Assembly (NCBI RefSeq): GCF_009914755.1 | Contig: NC_060937.1 | DNA length: 64,000 bases | DNA from: the human T2T-CHM13v2.0 reference genome, Homo sapiens | Strand: one strand, 5' to 3' | Part shown: one piece after another, positions 51,760 to 64,000 of the stretch | Layout of the letters: every line of letters starts with the position of its first letter | How positions within the stretch are numbered: position 1 is the stretch's first letter | The notes under the pieces: generated by a model | What the model was told of the DNA's origin: nothing | Database searches by the model: none | Seen by the model: the letters and a program-made list of their open reading frames with translations, nothing else | Program-made: the position numbers and the translations under genes

Positions 51760-52157
51760 TTTAACTTTTAAATTTTGTGGGTACATACTAGGTGTATATA
51801 TTTGTTGGGTACATGAAATATTTTGATACAGGCATGTAATGTATAATAATCACATCATGGAAAATGGGGTATTTATGCCCTCAAGCATTTATCCTTTGTG
51901 TTACAGACAATCCAATTATATTTTTAGTTATTTTAAAATGTACAATTAAATTCCTTTGACTGTAGTTACTCTGTTGTTCTATAAAATACTAGGTATTATT
52001 CATTCTTTCTAATTATTTTTTTGTACCCATTAACCATCTCCATTTCTCCCCTACTCCCCACAACCCTTCCCAGCCTCTGGTAACCAACCTTCTACTGTCT
52101 ATCTCCATGAGTCTAATTGTTTTGATTTTCGACCCCACAAATCAGTGAGAACCTGTG
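51760..52157 (-). mobile_element. L1MA2-like 3' end
   Basis: gggtacatgaaatattttgatacaggcatg...ccctcaagcatttatcctttgtgtt...cagcctctggtaacca. Confidence 0.88.
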
Positions 52158-52441
52158 CACACGTCTGCTCTTGAAATAAAAAACCAACTCGCAAGGGGGC
52201 CCTCGAGGCTGCCTGAAATTGTGCTGTATCTCCCTTGTCCATTTGCTCTTCCATGTTCCCAGACATTCGCTTCATTCCTTATTCTCTTTCCTCAAAGTTC
52301 TATATCCCTTTCATCCTTAGTCTTAGCTGATGACTTGTTCCTATTTTACATAGAGAATAAAAGCAAATAGAGGAGAATCTGCAAACGATTCTACCCTCAT
52401 GTTTATCCTCTTGCCTGTATCTGTTATATGCTGCATTCTAT

Positions 52442-52750
52442 TTTTTTTTATTTAAGACAGAGTCTCACTCTGTCACCAGGCTGGAGTACAGTAGCACAGT
52501 CTCTGCTCACTGCAACCTCCGCCTCCCTGGTTCAAGCAATTCCCCTGCCTGAGCCTCCCGAGTAGCTGAGACTACAGGCACCCACCACCACACCCGGCTA
52601 ATTTTTTTTTTATTTTTTATTTTTGTATTTTTAGTAGAGACGGGGTTACAACATGTTGGCCAGGATGGTCTCTATTTCTTGACCTCGTGATCCACCCGCC
52701 TCGGCCTCTCAAAGTGCTGAGATTACAGGCATGAGCCACCGCGCCCGGTC
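52442..52750 (-). mobile_element. AluSc-like
   Basis: Diagnostics tgtcaccagg, caggatggtc and gacctcgtga. Confidence 0.93.
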
Positions 52751-52888
52751 TGTTTTCTTTTCTGTTGTTATGAATGACCTGTTTGTGCCTCTTGCAAAGG
52801 CCAGCCCTTGTTTTTGTACACAAGATCTATCTCCTCTCTTTTTCTTAAGCAAATTGTTCCAGGAATTTTCCCCTTTCTCTCTGGCTCC

Positions 52889-52919
<31 letters not shown>

Positions 52920-52927
52920 ATTATTAT
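52889..52927. repeat. (ATT)n microsatellite
   Basis: Directly visible. Confidence 0.95.
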
Positions 52928-54306
52928 TTTACTTCTTCCTATCAGCATACTAATAAGCTCTTATTTCTTTCATCAAAAACACCACCACCAACCAAACAAC
53001 TCTAGAATGTACTTTCTCCAGCTGCTGCTCCATTTTTATTTTCCTTTCATGGAATAAAAAATGTCTTTAAAAGGGCTAACACCCTTGCTGTCTGCAATTT
53101 CTCTCACCCTACTCTCTTTGAATCCACTGCAACAGACTTTCACCTGTGTCACTTCAGAGAAACACTTCTTATCAATATCCCTAGTGATCTCCACATCGTT
53201 AAATCCAGCAGCCAATTTTCTGTCTTCATCTTAATAGACTAGTCAGCAGTAGGGGACAGGGTGATCACTCCTTCTCTTTGAAATTTGTTTCTTCAGTTGA
53301 CTTCCAGGATACTAAAGTTCTTGCTTTTTCTCCCCCCTTATTGACTGCCCTGCCTTAGAATCTTTTTCTGATTTCTCCTTATCTCCTTCAGTGCCAACTC
53401 TAAACTGTACCAGGGTTCATTTCTTACTTATTTTCTTCTTTTCATCTGTTCTCACTTTAAAAACTTATCTCACCAAATCATACAGCTTCAAATATCAGAA
53501 CTGCTATCTTCATCCCAGACCTCTATTCTGAACTGCTGACTAATATATCCAACGAAGTGCTTGACATCGCTATTTGAATTTCTAATAGATATCTCAAGCA
53601 CTAAACTGAGCTCCTGATTTTATTCCCCAAACTTGCTTCACTGAAAATCTTGCCCATCTTAATTAATGGGAATTCTATTCTGAAGTCATCCTTGATTCCT
53701 AATTCTTTTCTCATACCCTACCTTATATGACTACATATTACTGGCTCTAATACAAATATATCCACAATCTGAATACATCTCACCCCTTCCACTGCTAACA
53801 GAGTCATCCAAGCCACTGTTATTAATATTCTTTTTAATCTAATTAGACAGTGTTGCCTGGCCTCCCAGTTTCTGTCCTTGCCTCTGCAGTCTATTCTTGA
53901 TGCAGTAGGCGGGAAGATCTTGAGGAAGCATCAAGCCATGTCACTCCTTTTCTCAAAGCCCTCCAATGGCACCCATTTCACAGGGTAGAAGAGTCCTGCT
54001 GTGGCTTACAAACCTGTACTCAATTTGACATCTTCTCTGATGTCATCCATAACTCCTCTTCACTTCCTCACTCTGTCCCAGCAGCAGTTACCACCTTGCT
54101 TTCCTCAAGCACTAATGCAGGCTGCAGCTTCTGAGCTTTGCATTTGCTCTTTCCCTGCCTAGAATACTCCCCACTCCCCATCAGGTAGCTTGCAGTGCTT
54201 TGCATCTTTTTGTAATGTCTTCTCTGTCTATTCTGTTTCAAATTGTATTCAGAACACTCCTTTCCAAAATAGGGAAAACAAACACTGATAACAAATGAAT
54301 CTTGTT

Positions 54307-54769
<463 letters not shown>

Positions 54770-54819
54770 CTAGGAATATTCAGTAGGTGGCATGTTATTG
54801 ACTTGAAATTGGGTCTTCT

Positions 54820-55497
54820 GATTCCCATGGCTAGGTATATTCACAAAAGAAGATAAATCAGTATATGGAAGAGGTATCTGCACTCCTATGTTTATTGCAG
54901 GACCATTCACAATGGCTAAGATTGGGAAGCAACCTAAGTGTCTATCAACAGACGAATGGATAAAGAAAATGTGGTACATATACACAACGGAGCACTATTC
55001 AACCATAAAAAAGAATGAGGTCATGCCATTTGCAGCAACATGAATGGAACTGTTCATTATGTTAAGTGAAATAAGCCAGGCACAGAAAGACAAACTTCGC
55101 ATTTCCTCATTTATTTGTAGGAGCAAAAAATTAAAACAATTGAACTTATGGACATAGAGATAAAAAGGATGGTTACCAGAGGCTGGGAATGGTAGTGGGG
55201 GTGTTGGGGCTTGGTGGGGTGGTGAGGATGGTTAATGCATACAAAAATAGATTGAATGAATAAGATCTAGTGTTTGACAGCATAACAGGGTGACTATGGC
55301 AACAATAATTTATAGTACATTCAAAAATAACTAAAAGAGTATAATCATAACACAAAAGATGAATGCTTGAGGGGATGGATACCCCATTTTCCATGATGTG
55401 AATGTTACACATTGCATGCCTGTATTAAAGTATCTCATGTACCCCATAAATATATGCACCTAATATGTACCCGCAACAGTTAAAAATAGAAAAATTT
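54820..55497 (+). mobile_element. L1MA2-like ORF2 end and 3' UTR
   Basis: atctgcactcctatgtttattgcag...ggttaccagaggctggga...aatgcttgaggggatggatacccca. Confidence 0.9.
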
Positions 55498-56359
55498 ATT
55501 TAACAAAGTCCTTATTGAAAATCCCCCGTTACTGTCTTTTTCTTCAAATAGTTATTGCTTTTCTGTTTATTTTCTTCCCTTTTATATATACATGCAAAAA
55601 TTAATATGCTTTTTTCCTGTCCTCTAAGTTGTTTTTTTTTAAAGATATTTAAAACGAATAATGGCCTTTTATGGAACAATGCTTGTTTTTTACTATTAAG
55701 AAAGATGTATGACCATTTATAATTATACTTTACAGTTTTATATATAGATCTAGCTTTGAGTCATTTTAATTGTATTTCTGTCCAAACAAACTTGATTTAA
55801 ACCTTTCTGTAGGTAATTATGTGTCAGCTATTATACTGAAGTCAGATATAGTTTATGCTTCAGATATTTTTTTTTAAACCAGTGAATTTTCTACTAAAAA
55901 GGAAAAAAGTCATCAAATTAATCTGGACTAGCAACTTTGTTAATTCCTGTACTGTTCTCTAAATAATGGCTCATTATTTTTCTACTTGTTGTAATTCCCA
56001 CAGAAGAGATGACAATTTTTTAGTTGTTAGAAATGTCTTATCTCTTCTTCATGCCTCCCAAGTCACTTATTGATTGCATTCAGCCTGACTGTAATTGGGG
56101 TATATACTCACCTTCCTAACCATGCACAAATTAGTCTATAGAAATTAGTCCATAGAAACCTGTATCCTTTTCCATTTAAGTACCATCTATTGAGGCACAG
56201 AGTTCAGAGGCAGAAGGTAATGAATTGGGAATGTTGCCCTCTAAGGAAGGCAGGGCAGCAGTTTTGGGGTCATGCTTGATGGTATCAACATGAGGATTTA
56301 TAAAGAGCTAAATTCAATCTGTTTATTGTGGAAATGAAAACAAAGTTATTCTTTCTGTT

Positions 56360-56509
56360 CTTTTAAATTATCGTGGGTACATAGTAGGTGAATATATGAG
56401 GTGCATGAGATGTTTTGATACAGGCATGCAAGGTGTGATAATCATATCATGGAAAGTGGGGTATCCATCACCTCAAGAATGTATCCTTTGTGTTACAAAC
56501 AATCCAATT
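56360..56509 (-). mobile_element. L1MA2-like short 3' end
   Basis: gggtacatagtaggtg...ttttgatacaggcatg...atcctttgtgttacaaacaatccaatt. Confidence 0.85.
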
Positions 56510-57278
56510 CTTGCCATTTCCCCTACTTTTGATTTTAATGTAAAGATTTATTCCCCTGTCTAATACTGTCCAGGGACTTCTAATTGCACCTAGAGTGATA
56601 TTCAAACCTCTTACCGTGGCCTCTAAGCCTTTTTTAATCTTAGATTTTTTTTTTTCTCCCGCTTAATGCTTTTCACCCCCCTACCTCTAACCCACCCGCC
56701 GCCACACACACACGCCTGGTTTTGTCTTGGCTGTTTGCTTTTCATTCTTGGGATTTTTGCTTAAATATTGTCTTTTCAGAAATCTCTACCCAAAGATTTT
56801 TTTTTTTTTTTTTTTTTGCTTAGTTCATAGTATTTATCACATTCTTAAATAAAGTTTTAATTTATTGCTTTACTTTTTGTTCTGTTGCCCCCAGGAAATT
56901 TTAAGTTGCACATTTTGTTGACCGACTGAGTGAACGAGTAAAGGAGAAAAAAGCAACCTGTCTTGTGGGCTGGGAACTGGTTGAGCAGGGATTTGAGCAC
57001 AATGGGTCCGCATGTGATGGTTTATGTAAGAAGGGAAGGGGAAGGACTTCACCATAATTAACTAGGGTGTGAACTGGGCGTAGGATAGCCAGGAGCATGT
57101 GGAGATGAAAGGTCAGAAATGTAGTAGGTTGGGGAATCTGGGAGATCATCGTGTTTTTAAATATGGCAGTAAAATATCCATATTTGTGTTTTTAAAAAGA
57201 TAACTCTAAGGAGGGTGGAAGGGAGTGAAATGATGGTCAGGGTAGCTGTAGGGGAGCCAGTTAGAAAGCTATTGCAGT

Positions 57279-57562
<284 letters not shown>

Positions 57563-59024
57563 TCATTCAGGTGATCCATGATTAGGGATGGGGCTCAGGG
57601 AGTTCCAGAGGAATGAAAACAAATGAGACTAGGATGAGTTGGATGAGTTTTTGGAGGTAGAGTTGGGTGGACAAGGACACTGTTAAGCTATAGTCTGTGT
57701 GGGAGGAAGAACAAGTCAAAGGTGGCTTTGGGTTTCCACCTCAGGTAACAGGATGCTGTTATTATCTCCAAGAGCAGGAAGAGGGTGTTGGGTATAAGGA
57801 GTTCAGGTTTGGTGTGGTTCAGTTTGATGGATCAGCATATTATTTTGTTCCATAGGTAGTATGTGTTTAGATTTTGGGAGACAAAAATCTGAGTCCTGAG
57901 CAAAGAAGTAAATATTGAAACAAGAGAGGGAGAGAAAAGTGAGAGATGGAGAAAGTCAAGGATAAAAGTTAGACAAGAGAAAGGGAAATACCACAGTTTC
58001 TGCTCCTAATTCTCCAAATACATCTTAGTCAGTTTTGGCATATCTTCCTGCCCTAGTAAACTTTGAAAACGAAGCTTTCTTAACATTTTAGATTCAGCAG
58101 TTTTTCTGTCCCTTATTTTTGCATACGGTTCACAATTGTTTTTTAAAATAACTCCTGCCTCACTTCTGCTGAGCCATGTAAATCACGATGGCAATGAAAT
58201 GTGTTCTTTTGCATTTTAGCGCTCTCCAGGTGGTTACCTCGTCTTTCATCAGGTTTGTCCCATACAGTTACTCTTCTGCCACCTTTCAGAGACAGCCTGA
58301 TCAGGCGCAGCCAGTCTCAAACAGCCTCATCTCAACTCCTAAGGTTGGTAATTTCTGACACCTCAATCTAAAACAGATACATGGAGCCACTTCCTAAAGC
58401 ATCATCCTGTATTGATTTACATATAAAAATTGCCAATGTGCAATATTTTTCAAGGGTTTATTTATTGCCTGTCTCTACAGGAAGTGAGCTGCATGAGAGC
58501 AGTCACTAATTGGTCTTGTATTCTGGAGTCCTTTTTGTGTTTCATTTGTGCTGAATGTTTTCTCTTCCAGGAAACTCTTCTCTTAGGTATCCCCTTGGAC
58601 CATGCCCTCATTTCCAGCTAGTTCTTTGCTCCAATATAGACCAGCTTTCTTTGTCTGTCCTGTATCAAATAGACTTCCACTCTTACGCTCCTCATTTTAT
58701 TTAACACCACTGACATATTTTTTATATATTTGTTGTCTGTCTCTTGCCATTAGAATACAAATCCTTGAGGATAGGGACTTTTCTTCACTACCATGTCTTT
58801 AGAAATTAGAATGGTTCTTGGCATGTAGCATTTAGTCAATTGATATTTGATGAGGAAGTAATGAATGTATAGAAATAGAGAAGTCTCTTTTTCCAGGTAG
58901 GAGAGGAAGAATCTTGGTCAGCCAATGTGGCTGGCCATCTGATATTTCCTACTGGAGAATCTTCCCTTTTTCTTGGGATCCATTGGATACACAGAAGATG
59001 GGTATTAGGGAGGATTCCCATGCA

Positions 59025-59120
59025 AGGAAAAATATAGGATGCTCAGTTAAACTTGAATTTCAGATCAACAGCAAATCATTTGGCCATGCATACACTATGT
59101 AGCTACATATTTTGTGTAGC
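59025..59120. mobile_element. MER53-like fragment
   Basis: aaaaatataggatgctcagttaaacttgaatttcagatcaaca. Confidence 0.6.
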
Positions 59121-59311
59121 TCATTTCCTGTTGGTGCCATTTTGAGGTTATCTTTGGAGCTGAATAGGCATAGACTGATATTGGCCAATCCTGGAGATTT
59201 TATTTATTTATTTGGCAAGTCTGTTTCCTCAGATGCTTAAAGGGCTTCTAATCTCTACAGAACTATAAATTTTACAGCTACAGATTTTTGTCTCGATACT
59301 GTATTACAGAC

Positions 59312-59674
59312 TGATATGGTTTGGCTGTGTCCCCACCCAAATCTCATCTTGAACTGTAGCTCCCATAATTCCCACATGTTGTGGGAGGGACCAGGTGGGA
59401 GATAATTGGCTCATAGGGGTGGTTCCCCCATACTGTTCTCATGGTGGTGAATAAATCTCATGAGATCTGATGGTTTTATAAGGGGAAACCCCTTTCGCTT
59501 GGTTCTCATTTTCTCTCTTGTCTACTGCCATGGAAGATGTGCTTTTCACCTTCTGCCGTGATTGGGAGGCCTCCCCAGCCACATGGAACTGTGAGTCCAT
59601 TAAACCTCTTTTTCTTTGTAAATTACCCAGTCTTGGGTATGTCTTTATTGGCAGTGTGAAAACAGGCTAATACA
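59312..59674 (+). mobile_element. THE1 (B/C-like) solo LTR
   Basis: tgatatggtttggctgtgtccccacccaaatctcatcttgaa...ctaataca. Near-TSD cagac/cacac. Confidence 0.95.
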
Positions 59675-59799
59675 CACACTCACAGTGTTTACCTCTTCAC
59701 ATCAGTGCACCATCTGTTAGCTTTTAGTTTAATATCCTTTGTCCTGAAGTTATTCGTAACAGCAACTTCTTGCAGGAAAGCTCAGCTCTTAAGACTTTG

Positions 59800-60986
<1,187 letters not shown>

Positions 60987-61289
60987 TTAACTAGATAGCT
61001 TAAAAGGAGGCAGGTGAACAGCACTGGAGGGAGGGGAGTAGTGTTACTTTGCTACCTCTTTCTTCTGCTTCCTTTAGCTTGGCTTATGACAGTTGAATTT
61101 TCCAACCTGGCAGGGCAGGGTTAGAAAATCAGAATGGAATCCCAGAACTGCAGTTTCAAGATATTTAGGAAGTGGCTCAGTGAGAATGCTATATATCAAG
61201 TGAATAAAATAAAGCTACAGCTCTAAATGCTAGGACCACCCTGAACCACCCAGCACCACTCACGACAGCTAAAATGCATGGAGCCTTTA

Positions 61290-61480
61290 TAGCATGGCAG
61301 GTAATGTGCTGGTTACTTTTAGTATCATCTCATTTAGCCTTACCTTCATTAGGGAAATGCTATTTTTTGTTTTCATTTTATGAGCAAGAAAAATCAAAGC
61401 TCAGAGTATGTATAACAAAATGGTGAAGCCAAGATTTGAACCTTGGTACTGTGACTCCAAGGCTCATATACTTATGCTCT
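61290..61480 (-). mobile_element. MIR
   Basis: cattttatgagcaagaaaaatcaaagctcagag...gccaagatttgaacc...gactccaaggctc. Confidence 0.7.
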
Positions 61481-62058
61481 CAGATCTGGTGTATTTAGGA
61501 GAATGGATATGGTCTTAAACACTTTTATTATTCAGCAAGAATGATTTAAAGTAAATCAATTACACTTCAAGCCAAGAACTTAGAAAAATAGTAATGAAGT
61601 CTAGAAAAGAGAGATAAAGATAAAAGTGGAGATAACTTAGAAAAACATCAATATATTTACTATGCATGCTTCATTAAAAAATAAAGCAATAAAATCAGTA
61701 CAGCACAGAGAGAAAGAGAGAGAAATTCCAGGCATGAGAAAGTAATATACAAGACAGTGAATACACTCAGAGGAATGGTAGAGCTTTTCAGAATGATGAG
61801 AGATTATGTCTTTACTTTTTGACTAAAATTTCTAGAAACAATTTGAACCAACAAAAATGACTCAAGGAAAGGAAGAATCATCAATAACTCTGCAATTTAT
61901 TAATAATAATAAAGTTGACCAAGAATACCATTTATTTTCCAGCTCCACCCCTTCTGTAAAACAAGCAAATAAAAAGACTTTTAAAAACCCAGATGAAATT
62001 ATGAGCAATTTAATTCAGATGGTTAGGAGGCTAATATTTACAATTAATAATTAGGCTG

Positions 62059-62430
<372 letters not shown>

Positions 62431-63242
62431 CTATTCTGGCCAAGAATATGATAGAGAATTCACAGAAAAAGAAGACTAATTCTTCAGTAATATTGATGTA
62501 AAAATATGTAAATAAAATTCAGTCTAATAATATAGTAAATGGCATATCATAGTTAATAGGATTTATTTCAAGATCTCCAGAACAATTTAATGTTATGAAA
62601 TCTATTGATAACATTTCATCATAGCATAACAAAAAACAATTGTTCTTCTCAGTATGTTCAAAAGGGTTTGTAAAAGTTAACTTCAATTCCTGATATTGAG
62701 AAGATATTTCCTTATATTTAATCTTTAAAAAATTATACATCTCTGAAATGAACATTAAATATGAAAGCATCCTTGTACCTACCAGACAGAATTTTAAAAA
62801 TGTAAAGCACAAAAGGGTACTGCTTATGTGACTTTAAAAATCCAAATTCATTATTAGGATCATTTATATCTCTGAAATACCAAAAGAATTTTTAATAAAG
62901 TCAGGAAGAATATCAGGAATTCCATAATTGTTATTCATTAATAACATTATTCTATAAGTGGTTATTAATATTTTGGATAAATATATTGAAGTTATAGTTA
63001 TTAGACAGTAGAATTATTAATTTCTAATATAAAGCCTACAAAATCAAATTATTAGAAATAATAAAGAATATAGTTAGATATTAACATTGTTCTTATATAA
63101 CAGCAACTACTTCGAAAATAAAAGCAAATAATAAAGGATGTTATGCAGAGTGGTGGAAAATAAATACGTAACCTTAGGAATTAATATAACCTTAAATAAT
63201 AAGACATTATGAAAACACCGTGTGGCGTGAAAGAAACTTATG

Positions 63243-63548
63243 CTGGGTATGGTAGCTCATGCCTTTAATCCTAGTGCTTTGGGAGGCTGAGGGAAGAAGA
63301 TTGTTTGAGGCCAAGAGTTTGAAACCAGCCTGGACAACATAGTGAGACCCATCTCTAAAAAAAAAATAATTAGCTGGGCATGGTGGCATGCACCTGTAGT
63401 CCCAACTACTTGGGAGGCTGAAGTAGGAGGATCGCTTGAGGTAAGGAGTTGAGGCTGCAGTGAGCTATGACTTTGTCACTGCACTCCAGATTGGGCAACA
63501 GAGGGAGACTGTCTCTGTAAAACAAACAAACAAGCAAACAAGCAAACA
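63243..63548 (+). mobile_element. AluJ
   Basis: AluJ diagnostics (aacatagtgagacc, gaggctgcagtgagctatga) and a (CAAA)n tail. Confidence 0.93.
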
Positions 63549-64000
63549 GAAAACCTGGAAACTTGAACAAATGGAAGGATATATCACATGGTTTCATAGG
63601 AATAATCAAGAATTGAAATAAGTCAATTTCTTACATGCTTGTGTATATATATTGAATGTAACTGTTTCCAAAGTTTTAAGGCGCGTATTTTTTTTCTTTC
63701 AAAACAGAACAAATAATCCTAAGGTAAACCTGGAAAAACAGATTGATAAAAGTAGCTAGGAAGATCAATCTTAATAACCTTGCTCTAATAGATACTGAAC
63801 ATTCTTACACATAGTTAAAATAGTATAGCACAGGAGTATGCAATAGCGAGATATATCAAGAGAGAAAAAAAGAAAGACTCCAGAAATAGACCAAAGAATA
63901 CATAGAATAATAATTGGATGATTACTTGTTCAACTGAGATATTTAAATGTAATAGATGTAAACCCAATTCCACCATCTGCAGAAGTCTAAGGCTCTTCCC

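Larger units (their letters stand above)
51320..54250 (+). mobile_element. Long L2 remnant interrupted by L1MA, Alu and (ATT)n
   Basis: Pyrimidine-rich L2 ORF2/3' text (gatctccacatcgttaaatcca; gccatgtcactccttttctcaaagccctccaatggc). Confidence 0.75.

Noticed and set aside
58218-58234. CTCF-like gcgctctccaggtgg
   Set aside because: It needs a gap and several mismatches to fit the CTCF core.

Overview
This window is primate (human-like) genomic DNA. It is AT-rich, CpG-depleted and dominated by interspersed repeats. The only protein-coding sequence I can support is a 162-nt internal exon on the + strand (7289-7450, AG/GT-bounded, phase 1-1). It encodes [54 protein letters not shown], which I recognise as exon 2 of glypican-5 (GPC5, human 13q31.3). 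The rest is therefore the end of GPC5 intron 1 and the start of the very long intron 2. It is filled with Alu, L1, L2, MIR, MaLR/ERV LTRs, a decayed ERV-L pol fragment and DNA-transposon fossils. Nearly all ORFs in the supplied track are chance ORFs or repeat-derived. I found no convincing new biological system. The more notable details are a candidate poison mini-exon just before exon 2, a diverged local duplication, several template-switch-like palindromes, inverted repeat pairs able to form dsRNA, a MER11 solo LTR with a perfect 6-bp target-site duplication (TSD), and an ETS/AP-1 composite motif inside an MLT1 LTR. Repeat subfamily names come from my memory of consensus sequences, not from a RepeatMasker run, and most boundaries are approximate.
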